A DNA stretch of 63,943 bases, counting the filler, from Octopus bimaculoides (lineage: Eukaryota), in the NCBI RefSeq assembly GCF_001194135.2. It is 5 parts of 5 records of this genome, joined end to end, with 100 filler letters (N's around TTAATTAATTAA, not from the genome) between each part and the next. Parts side by side here need not be neighbours in the genome. Positions count along the whole stretch, not along the records: positions 51,127 to 60,360 come from NC_069001.1; positions 60,461 to 62,825 come from NC_069004.1; positions 62,926 to 63,943 come from NW_026362687.1; 2 more parts are not named here. One strand, given 5' to 3'. The position numbers were made by a program, and so were the translations under genes. Below the pieces are notes generated by a model. The model worked only from the letters and a program-made list of their open reading frames with translations, had not been told where the DNA came from and searched no databases. How positions within the stretch are numbered: the stretch's first letter is position 1; each line of letters opens with the position of its first letter. Shown here piece by piece: positions 53,348 to 63,943 of this stretch.

Positions 53348-54449
53348 NNNNNNNNNNNNNNNNNNNNNNNNNNNNNNNNNNNNNNNNNNNNNNNNNNNNN
53401 NNNNNNNNNNNNNNNNNNNNNNNNNNNNNNNNNNNNNNNNNNNNNNNNNNNNNNNNNNNNNNNNNNNNNNNNNNNNNNNNNNNNNNNNNNNNNNNNNNNN
53501 NNNNNNNNNNNNNNNNNNNNNNNNNNNNNNNNNNNNNNNNNNNNNNNNNNNNNNNNNNNNNNNNNNNNNNNNNNNNNNNNNNNNNNNNNNNNNNNNNNNN
53601 NNNNNNNNNNNNNNNNNNNNNNNNNNNNNNNNNNNNNNNNNNNNNNNNNNNNNNNNNNNNNNNNNNNNNNNNNNNNNNNNNNNNNNNNNNNNNNNNNNNN
53701 NNNNNNNNNNNNNNNNNNNNNNNNNNNNNNNNNNNNNNNNNNNNNNNNNNNNNNNNNNNNNNNNNNNNNNNNNNNNNNNNNNNNNNNNNNNNNNNNNNNN
53801 NNNNNNNNNNNNNNNNNNNNNNNNNNNNNNNNNNNNNNNNNNNNNNNNNNNNNNNNNNNNNNNNNNNNNNNNNNNNNNNNNNNNNNNNNNNNNNNNNNNN
53901 NNNNNNNNNNNNNNNNNNNNNNNNNNNNNNNNNNNNNNNNNNNNNNNNNNNNNNNNNNNNNNNNNNNNNNNNNNNNNNNNNNNNNNNNNNNNNNNNNNNN
54001 NNNNNNNNNNNNNNNNNNNNNNNNNNNNNNNNNNNNNNNNNNNNNNNNNNNNNNNNNNNNNNNNNNNNNNNNNNNNNNNNNNNNNNNNNNNNNNNNNNNN
54101 NNNNNNNNNNNNNNNNNNNNNNNNNNNNNNNNNNNNNNNNNNNNNNNNNNNNNNNNNNNNNNNNNNNNNNNNNNNNNNNNNNNNNNNNNNNNNNNNNNNN
54201 NNNNNNNNNNNNNNNNNNNNNNNNNNNNNNNNNNNNNNNNNNNNNNNNNNNNNNNNNNNNNNNNNNNNNNNNNNNNNNNNNNNNNNNNNNNNNNNNNNNN
54301 NNNNNNNNNNNNNNNNNNNNNNNNNNNGAAAGTCTTTCGGTACCAAAAACACTACGTAAAACATTAATGAAAAATGTGGCCCCCGTTTTAAAAAAGATCC
54401 GAGAAATTATTATTTTTTTTTTCCAAAAAGAGTACAGTGGTGGTTCAAA

Positions 54450-54770
54450 AATCCCGCCCCCGCTGGGGGGAGGGGCACAAAATAGTCTAAAAAAAGACTA
54501 TTTACTATTCATAAAAATGTCCAAAGACGAAATGCCGTAATGGTCAGCAATTGTCACAATTCTGCCGTTATTCCTCGGTAAAACCAGAAAATAGAAAAGT
54601 TCAACAATTTTTCAACCCACCCCCGTTGCGGGGAGGGGCACAAAAATAGTCTAAAAAAAGACTATTTACAGTTCATACAATAACAATGTTCGAAAACAAA
54701 AATGCCGTATGGCCAATAATTTCAATAATTTGCAGTTAGAAAAGTTCAACGAATTTTCAACAGTAGTCAA
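54450..54770. repeat. Two-unit ~163-bp diverged tandem repeat with internal hairpins
   Basis: aggggcac(a)aaaatagtctaaaaaa(a)gactatttac at 54471 and 54634. Confidence 0.75.
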
Positions 54771-54825
54771 CAATAATCCAATGATAGCAAATTCAACAAG
54801 TACAACAACGATAACAGCAACAAAC

Positions 54826-55135
54826 ACTTACCGGGCACCGAGCAAAACACGTGGATACGTGACCTTACCGAAAGTGGTACAAACGCGCCAGACCGGAAGT
54901 AAACAAGGTACTCTATTTCATAAAATTTGCTACCTGGGCAGTACACAGAGGGGACACTACAACACATGTTGAGACATAGAACAATAATTAGAAATATAAA
55001 AATAAATCATGATATAATGAATGATACAGGAAAATGCACGTGAATAACAAATTAAGGCGATCTTTCGGTACAAATCCGGAAACTGCCAAGCGACCACGTG
55101 GGATTGTTTACATCAATTCGGCAGTTTCCGTAAGG
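54826..55135. promoter_or_regulatory. Putative CpG-rich promoter / first-exon region, possibly divergent
   Basis: CCGGAAGT (54893-54900) next to GTAAACA; CACGTG three times; minus-strand donors GTAAGT (54831) and GTAAGG (54868); plus-strand GTAAGG (55130). Confidence 0.4.
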
Positions 55136-56482
55136 GAAGAGGGAAAGGACGCGGGGTACCACATCACACTCAGTGTTCTTCCTTTTTTCTTCCTCTTCCT
55201 TCTACTCTCTGCTACTGCCCATTCTTCTTCCTTTTCTCCGTCTTTCTTTTCTCCTCCGTCTCCACAACTGGTTCGTCTATTGTTTCATCTATTCTTTTCT
55301 TCTGAAGAGGGCAGCGTGCTCTAATGTGGCCCTTTGGCTGTTAATGTTTTCCTTAACGGATTCCACAATCAAATTGTTTATCTCTGTAGAGAGACACGAC
55401 AGCGCAGCACTGGTAATTTTTATTAGCATCTCTGAGTAGTTTCCGTCGTAAGGCAGCCCCAGTGACACTACCCCAGTGGCATTCAGTGACACTACCTACA
55501 AGGGTTCGGCCAATCACAATGATTCCAGTACTGAACTCTTTGCCTGTCCTGGGTATCATATATAATACTCGGAACGTATTAACCTGGTGTTCATGTTTCA
55601 TACATGATACAGTTTGCCAATTTTTTTTTCAATCACTAGAATAAACTGGGGATTTGAGAAAAAAGAAATAAGGCTTTATATTATACACAAAACGTATGAA
55701 AAAAGGGCTAGTGAAAAGTCTGAAAACGTATTTCCCTGGTATCCATTTATTTTTCAATCCTCGAATAACTTGGGCCTTACGAAAGTAAATCCTTATAGTA
55801 TGCAACAAGTGTTAACTAAAAGTCTTAAAACACGCATGGATGTTCAGGCAAAGTGACGAAAATGCTTTGGACAGGCAAAGGGTTAATTCAGTCTGGTATA
55901 TATTTCAGCAGAGTCTATTTATCGAACCTCTAAGTTACAGCTTTAACATAGAGTGCCATAATTTAGTAGCAGACTACACGTTAAACCACGCGACACAGTT
56001 GTAAGGGAGATAACTGCTGTTGGCTAAGTATAAAAGCGATCATTTAAGGGAAGAAGTTGGTTTGGTGCATAAAATTGCATTCAAAGATAATTCAAACCAC
56101 ACTAACTTTGCTTTCTTAATAAAAATGAAAGGAAGGATATATTCGATAATTCAGTCTTGGATATATATGAATTAGAAGTGGGAAAAAAAACAACAAATGT
56201 AATCACGTTTGCAATGAAATATCAACATTCAGTTAATCTTGTAACAGTTACTTCCCTTAGCTGGGACCAACGCTGTCAAGTTCTTATTAGCACCAGCCTA
56301 GTCCTGATCTTGCCGATCTAATTATTTATTAAAGCTTTGCTTCCTTAAAAGCATTTTCATAAGCTTGTTCTAAACTTCCATGCTTGTTTTCAGACTTTTA
56401 CTTAAGCCTTTCTGAGTTAATATAAAGTTTTCCCGTGAATAAATCCCAAATTACTCTGGCGGATAAAAAAAAAAAACGAGAA

Positions 56483-56970
56483 CCGTAAATCCTTGAGTAT
56501 AGTCCGCCCTTGAGTATAATGCGCAGGGGAATTTTTAGGGGGCTGTACCTCTGAAAAACCGAAATCTTGTGTATAATACGCACCCCTTCTCTAACTTGAG
56601 TCAAAGAGGTCTATATTACGTCCTTGTTTTGTAAACGTATATACGGTAACGTCCTTTATTATTATTGTATATATAACAATGCTAACATGCGGCTTTTTTG
56701 TGTACTTTGTTTGCTGAAAATAAAGAAATAACAGTAATAACGTCAGTGAAAAATAAATATTAAGTAAATTGCCTTTACATATTTATCACTATCAGTTACA
56801 AGCCCGACATCACAAAATGCGTTTGAATAAACATTGCCGGACAGCAAATAGAGACTCGGACATTGCTTGCAAAAATATTTTTCATTTTTAACCTCGTATA
56901 TAGTACGCACTTAGGATTTTGACCTTTAACTTTTGGGGAAAAAATGCGGATTATACTTGAGGATTTACGG
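56483..56970. mobile_element. pogo/Tc2-like MITE
   Basis: 19-bp TIR ccgtaaatcct(tg/ca)agtata, subterminal gtata(g/a)t..gc repeats, TA on the right. Confidence 0.8.
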
Positions 56971-57258
56971 TATGCGTTTCATATATGATGTACGAAGCCA
57001 AAGAAATACGCCTTGTGTATGTCTCTCTTTCTGTCTGTCTGTCTGTTTGTCTATTTGTCTGTCTGTCATTATTCAGTGCATTTCAGGATTTCTTGCCAAT
57101 AGAGAAAGAATCGGTTTTTAACCTACATCCAAGGTTCCTTCATTGGAGTTTCAACATCAACAACGGGGGATGTATGTACGTATGTGCAGATTTGTATGTA
57201 TGTTTTATGTATATATTCTCATGCATATAGTTGCATATCTAGACATTCGCATATACAT

Positions 57259-58553
57259 TTAAATGATAAACTTCTGGAAAGTTTTACAGATTTTTACAGT
57301 TCCAGTGATGGGTTGGATCTGTAGTCTTCGAATTAGCTTTCTCCTTTCTGCTTTTGAGAAGCCTAATTTCTCAAGATTGGTATTTAAGCAGTGTGTTACG
57401 TATCCCAGGGCCCCAATAATTATGGTCATAAACCTGAACTTGTAATCTGGATAGAGTAACGCTGACTTCCACAACTGTGCACAGTTTCTCTTCTCTATCC
57501 CAAATCATTATATCAGATCTATTGTGCTTACATTTTATTGAGGTCTTCACTGGTACATTCCACCAGTATTCCTGTTTATTATGAGTGGCTATGGCTTCTA
57601 GCATATTGTGGGTTCTTATTTTTTGCTCTCGAGATTATCCTTCCGACGGATTTCATTAGAGAGTGTCCTAGTTACAACGTCGTATCTCATCCATAGATAA
57701 TGCCGTGATGACATTCTCGGACAACTGCTTATGATGTGGGTGATATCTTCAATGTGAACTCCACAAAGTCTGCATCGGTTGTCATATTTTACTGCTTTTC
57801 CTTCATCTCTATCCCTTTTGTGCATCAGGTATTTGGTTGATATTTCCTATTCCTGGATTGCAAACGCATACCCTTCAAAGTGGGAGGTAGTAATCCGGCT
57901 ATTGGCCCATGATAAACTGCTTTCTACTAATATATACATGCATAGTCTTCTGCTCATATATGCTCACCCTTTCATCTGATGATACGATGTGGTGGAGTCT
58001 TGCGACTTCTTTGGGCATGTATTCTAGGTTATCAGACAAAGAGTGTTGCTTAAGGAGCTGCCTTCCAAGTCTTATGATGTTATCAGCCTCATNNNNNNNN
58101 NNNNNNNNNNNNNNNNNNNNNNNNNNNNNNNNNNNNNNNNNNNNNNNNNNNNNNNNNNNNNNNNNNNNNNNNNNNNNNNNNNNNNNNNNNNNNNNNNNNA
58201 GCGTCCAATCAAGTAGCCCAAATGTTGGTATGAGTACTGGCACTGCAAACACATTTTGGGCCACTGTTTTATTGAATGCAGAGAGTTCTGAGGTCCAAAT
58301 TTTCTTTATTCAGCTATAATATTCTTTAGTGACACGTGTTTTGTTACAGGTGCCATTGTAAGATATATTTTCATCCACCCCTAGATACCTGTAACATTCC
58401 TCGTCAGATACAGGAGAAACGGTCAACTCATTGATAGAGATGTTACTAGTTTGGTTTATAGTTTTCCACCTTTTCACAACTATATAACAACATTTATCCT
58501 GACCAAACTCCAACCTTCCAACTATAGATGCAGTCTGTAGATGCACCTCATAA
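57259..58553 (-). mobile_element. R4/Dong-like RLE non-LTR retrotransposon, 3' portion
   Basis: LEFGQDKC...YRYLGVDE; CRLCGVHIEDITHIISSC zinc knuckle; HNRSDIMIWD...VVEVS nuclease; IIIGALG...GTVKICKTF*. Confidence 0.9.
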
Positions 58554-59287
58554 GGGCAGCATGCATAAGACATATATGTACGTATGCACGTATGTATGTA
58601 TAATCTCATTGTGTGTGTGTGTGTGTGTAGACACATATATATTATATATATATATATATNNNNNNNNNNNNNNNNNNNNNNNNNNNNNNNNNNNNNNNNN
58701 NNNNNNNNNNNNNNNNNNNNNNNNNNNNNNNNNNNNNNNNNNNNNNNNNNNNNNNNNNNNNNNNNNNNNNNNNNNNNNNNNNNNNNNNNNNNNNNNNNNN
58801 NNNNNNNNNNNNNNNNNNNNNNNNNNNNNNNNNNNNNNNNNNNNNNNNNNNNNNNNNNNNNNNNNNNNNNNNNNNNNNNNNNNNNNNNNNNNNNNNNNNN
58901 NNNNNNNNNNNNNNNNNNNNNNNNNNNNNNNNNNNNNNNNNNNNNNNNNNNNNNNNNNNNNNNNNNNNNNNNNNNNNNNNNNNNNNNNNNNNNNNNNNNN
59001 NNNNNNNNNNNNNNNNNNNNNNNNNNNNNNNNNNNNNNNNNNNNNNNNNNNNNNNNNNNNNNNNNNNNNNNNNNNNNNNNNNNNNNNNNNNNNNNNNNNN
59101 NNNNNNNNNNNNNNNNNNNNNNNNNNNNNNNNNNNNNNNNNNNNNNNNNNNNNNNNNNNNNNNNNNNNNNNNNNNNNNNNNNNNNNNNNNNNNNNNNNNN
59201 NNNNNNNNNNNNNNNNTATAGTTCAAAAAAGGAAAAAGACAAAAAAACAACAAAAAACAATGTGAGGACGTGATACAGGTTGTGTTT

Positions 59288-60290
59288 CTAGACAGCAGAG
59301 ACACCCAGCGTTGCTCGGGATTAAAATGGTATAGTTTGTTTATATATATTACAGTTATGTTGAAACAGATGATACGGGAAAGTGCAGCATTGACGACAAA
59401 ACATTTGTAGAGTAAATGATGATCTATTTCGACTAATCGACATGTAATACATCCGTTTGGAGGATTCATGCCCTAACCTAGCGTGGAAAACTGGGGTGGA
59501 GGTGTGTAATTTTTGAACCCACAGAAAAGCTATCAGTGGATATACTCGCCTTTGAAGCGGTCAGCGCTNNNNNNNNNNAGAAAAGCTATCAGTGGATATA
59601 CTCGCCTTTGAAGCGGTCAGCGCTACGTGTAACACGACCCATCGTATGGTTAACAGTCAGATGGATGGAGGTGTAATGGAGACATTATACGTAAGTGGGA
59701 ACATTCTGGAAATGGGCTGTAATGGGAGACAGTGACGGAGAAGTGAACTATCGAAAAAGGTTGAGGAGGAGCTGGTAGTGCTGACAATCTTACCTTACCG
59801 CCTGAGCAGCACATGCCACTAGTTTCATTTGGAAATTTGAAAGCTTTGCAGAAACGACAGTTTGAGTGTAGCACACCAATTTGTACAGAATTATCGTTTT
59901 TATATGGCTGGGATGGATCATATCTGAAAGCAGCTCCTGGTGTTGTGAAGAACGAATTTGCCTGTGGTCCATTTCTGAGAGCTATATTGTATTGGACATC
60001 TGCTTAATATAGCGTGCTAAACATTGTTCTAATGACTCAGCATTAAGTATTGCAGCATGCCTTAGCTGATCTTGGGAAAATCTCATCTCCTTTCTCTCTT
60101 GAAACTCCATTTGACGTGCTGCAACATGCATCTGCTGACCCTGAGAAAGTCTCATCTCCTTTCCCTGTTGAGACACACGCCTTCGGTTTTCAGCAATCGT
60201 CCTCGCTTTATACGTGTTTCTGGAGAGAAACACGTCTTTTCTTTGGTGGCATATGTTTTCAATATTATAAACAAAAAATTATGAACATTG
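59288..60290 (-). mobile_element. Internally deleted Helitron
   Basis: MPPKKRRVS start (60252), E.RL repeats, AAFRYDP and CRFCKAFKFPNETSGMCCSGGKVRL..LPAPPQP. The 3' hairpin cccgagcaacgctggg (59304-59319) is followed by CTAG (59288-59291). Confidence 0.85.
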
Positions 60291-60300
60291 AAAAAATATA

Positions 60301-60360
60301 TTGGGCTGTCCGGAAAGTTCGTGCCGATTTTTAAAGAAAAAAACAAGTCAATAAATATTT
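60301..60360. mobile_element. Mariner-like TIR start, cut by the scaffold end
   Basis: TA + ttgggctgtccggaaagttcgtgccgatt. Confidence 0.5.
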
Positions 60361-60460
60361 NNNNNNNNNNNNNNNNNNNNNNNNNNNNNNNNNNNNNNNN
60401 NNNNTTAATTAATTAANNNNNNNNNNNNNNNNNNNNNNNNNNNNNNNNNNNNNNNNNNNN
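60361..60460. other. Artificial scaffold-join spacer
   Basis: N44-TTAATTAATTAA-N44. Confidence 0.95.
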
Positions 60461-60521
60461 ATATATATATACATATATGTATATATATATATATACATAT
60501 ACACACTATATATGCGTGTGC

Positions 60522-60554
<33 letters not shown>

Positions 60555-61589
60555 TCAATCTCTGTATTTATCTATCTATCTCTCTCTCTCTATATATATA
60601 TGTATGTATATACATACATATACTCACTATATACATATGGATGGATGTACATCAATCTCTCTCTCTCTCTCTCTCTCTCGGTATATATATATATATATGT
60701 ATATATAAACGCATACACACAAATGCATACACACATACACATACAGACAAACACACACATACTGTTCGTTCACTCACTACCCATACTAATTCTTTCATCT
60801 TAATTTTGGTCTGTTCTTTTTTTCTTTCCTTTGTTATATTGTTTTCTCATATTTCCACACCTATTCTATTTGAACAAAGTTCCGTTTTAACCCTTCCACT
60901 CAATTCTCTGACTATATATGTAAACGATTTTCGAGGATAAGTTTTTACTATTATTACTGATTAGGAGTGATAGGGTGAGGGATTGCATTAAGCAACGAAT
61001 GCTAGAATAATCGAAAGGTGACGGCCACAGTACCTGTTGGTATTTACTCTCTGTCCCCAGGGTGAACCGCGTTGCTGAAGCATGTTAGAGTAGGAGGAGG
61101 AAATATGTAGGGCTGGTGAAGTGATGGCAAAGCAATGGGTAACAATCGAGGTTTGAACCCATGGAAGTGGTATGCAGACGGTTCGCAGGCCAGTGCCCCT
61201 ATAGAGCTTACTGCATGCTTGGTATCAAGAGGCGGAATACCATTAGGAAAGCAGGAAGGTCATCCTTCTTCTGAGGGTCAATGATGTACTGGAGATAATT
61301 CCAACGACTATGCTTCTACGCCCACGATTTCTTATTTTCTTTATGTTACAAATCATTGTCTGAACTGTGGAGACAGCAGAGGCTGCCTCAACTTGGCTGT
61401 GGATCAGAAGTTACGAGCCGTGGATGGCGCTAACTGGGCATAAGCTGAGGCTTGTTCAATCGCGGCTGGGTCACTTGGGAGAGAATGTCTGATTGTTGAA
61501 AAACTCGAAACACCTAATGGCCGTAGAAGACATCACAGAAGATGTGTCCAGATGCAGTAGAGGAGAGTGTACAGAAAAAAAACACATAC

Positions 61590-61720
61590 CATTCCCTTAT
61601 GCTCTGGGTTCAAAATCCTGCCAGTGGTTAACTTTGCATTTCACCCAACAGGCGTCGATAAAATAAGGCCAGTCATGTGCTGGGGGTGTTGAGTTTAACA
61701 CACTATACCCCAGTCTTGCT
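61590..61720 (+). mobile_element. SINE family B, degenerate partial
   Basis: gggttcaaaatcc...aactttgcatttca...gtcgataaaataag. Confidence 0.55.
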
Positions 61721-62397
61721 TAAAGATGAGTTACCATGTGTTTATGTAAGAAATACTGTTATCTTCATAAAAATGGATATCGAAACATGAACGAATCATA
61801 GGTTTGGGAGTCAGAAAGCTCAGAATATAGGATTTTGAAATATTTTAGGGGAAAATAAGAAGAAAAACGGCATTAAAAGAGATTTACATGCAGTTTTGAA
61901 AGAGAGAATATTTGAGAAATATAAACAACATATATATTTCGTTACTCTGCCGCATTGGAATAACTATTTTGGGGGGAAATAATTACACCAGCAAAAACAC
62001 AGATTTATATTTAGTTACGAAGGGAAGTTTATTTGAGAAGCACATTGTATGTTTATTTTTTATTTTACTACATCTGAACAACAAATGTAAAACGAAATAT
62101 AGCGAGCATATTTACTTGCAAACAAAAAAAGTAACTAGCTAAAAGTATTTTGCAGGTGCACAACATCGGAGACGGAAGCTAAAACTTCAATAGTTATTTA
62201 TCGATATCTTCCGACATTTAAATGCTCGCATTATTAAATATGTTCCTTGTTTTATTTTCAATGCAAGATCCATACTTATGTGTATGTGTCTACGTACATA
62301 TGTATGTACGTACGAATGTATCTATGTATGTATGTATGTATGCATATATGTGTATGTGCCTAAAAATACGTATATATGTATATATGTATGCATGCCA

Positions 62398-62441
<44 letters not shown>

Positions 62442-62727
62442 TTTGTATACATACATACACACGCACACACACATATATAAACGAGTGCCCACGTGTATAT
62501 GAGTTCCCTGAAAGTTTAGCTGTAGGCTTACACAAAATTTAATAAGGTTCTGTAATGTTCTTAAGCACAGAAAACTCACACGCAGAAATACGAACATGTA
62601 TACATAAAAAAGTGAAGTAGATAGACAGACAGACAGTCAGGTAAATGGATTGATGGATAGCAAGTTGTAAATATATATACCTAATACATGCCTATACACA
62701 TGTATGTATGTGTGTAGGCATATATGC

Positions 62728-62759
<32 letters not shown>

Positions 62760-62825
62760 GCATACATTCGTTCATTCATACATACATATACATACATACA
62801 GGTATATATATATATATATATATAT

Positions 62826-62925
62826 NNNNNNNNNNNNNNNNNNNNNNNNNNNNNNNNNNNNNNNNNNNNTTAATTAATTAANNNNNNNNNNNNNNNNNNN
62901 NNNNNNNNNNNNNNNNNNNNNNNNN
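62826..62925. other. Artificial scaffold-join spacer
   Basis: N44-TTAATTAATTAA-N44. Confidence 0.95.
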
Positions 62926-63820
62926 ATATATATATATAAATAAATATATATATATAAGTAAATATATATATATAAGTAAATATATATATAAATAAATATT
63001 TATAAATAAATACAAATAAATAAATATATATATAAATTAATATATATATATAAATTAATATATATATATAAATTAATATATATATATATATTAATATATA
63101 TATATATATGTATAAATATATAGATATTATATATATATATATGTATAAATAAATATAAATATATATATAAATAAATATAAATATATAAATAAATATATAT
63201 ATAAATAAATATAAATATATAAATAAATATAAATGTATATATATATAAATATAAATGTATATATATATATAAATAAATATAAATATACATAAATAAAAAT
63301 GTATATATATAAATAAATATAAATATATATAACTAAATAAATATAAATATAAATAAATATATATATAAATAAATATAAATATATAAATACATAAATATAA
63401 ATATATAAATACATAAATATAAATATATAAATACATAAATATAAATATATAAATACATAAATATAAATTTATATATATAAATAAATATAAAAGTATATAT
63501 ATAAACAATATAAATATAAAAATAAATATAAATATATATGAATAAATATATATATAAATAAATATATATCTAAATAAATATTTATACATAAATACAAATA
63601 GATAAATATAAATATATAAATAAATAAATATAAATATATACATAAATAAATATAAATATATACATAAATAAATATAAATAGATATAAATATAAATATATA
63701 AATAAACATAAATATATAAATAAATATAATTATATATAAAAAATATAAATATATAAATGAATAAATATAAATATATATATAAATAAATAAATATATATGT
63801 ATAAATAAATATAAATATTT
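62926..63820. repeat. ~900-bp almost pure A/T low-complexity satellite (ATAAAT/ATAT variants)
   Basis: Directly visible. Confidence 0.95.
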
Positions 63821-63943
63821 TTTTATTTATATGTTTCAGCTAAGTGGCTGCAGTCATGCTGGTGCACCACCGTGATTTTCACGTTCCTTGCTGGGCTCTT
63901 CTCCCCCACCTGACATGGTCCAATGAAGAGTTTTGATGGCACA

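Noticed and set aside
53096-54367. 350-420 aa ORFs (also 58310-59469)
   Set aside because: Their length comes from runs of N.
59522-59623. 46-bp direct repeat
   Set aside because: The copies flank a 10-N gap, consistent with an unmerged contig overlap.
61000-61560. GC-richer stretch suspected to be an I-clade LINE or RNase H remnant
   Set aside because: No convincing motif recovered in any frame.
62870-63709. Long I/Y/F-rich ORFs, and likewise poly-HT, CV, ER, Y, L and T ORFs throughout
   Set aside because: Translations of microsatellites and AT satellite with no coding signal.

Overview
AT-rich, repeat-dense eukaryotic DNA. The SINE, RTE-tail and microsatellite content resembles an octopus (coleoid cephalopod) genome; this is an inference from repeat sequence recognition. 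The window is not one contiguous locus. Four identical 100-bp N44-TTAATTAATTAA-N44 spacers split it into five assembled pieces (1-30511, 30612-51026, 51127-60360, 60461-62825, 62926-63943). No intact, nameable gene is present, and most listed ORFs are microsatellite or N-gap artefacts. Recognisable content is mainly decayed transposons: tRNA-derived SINEs, RTE, CR1, R4/Dong-like RLE and L1/Tx1 LINE fragments, mariner/D37D/pogo/piggyBac/hAT-type elements, a Helitron and a Helentron-type HINE. There is also a tentative minus-strand multi-exon gene in piece 2 and a promoter-like CpG-rich patch near 54.8-55.1 kb. The most interesting observation is a tRNA-headed SINE whose 3' tail carries a minimal hammerhead-ribozyme motif of the Penelope type. 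It is present as a head-to-head inverted dimer inside a single 13-bp target-site duplication (15645-16172), and two further hammerhead-like relics lie elsewhere. All copies seen are mutated, so activity is unproven.
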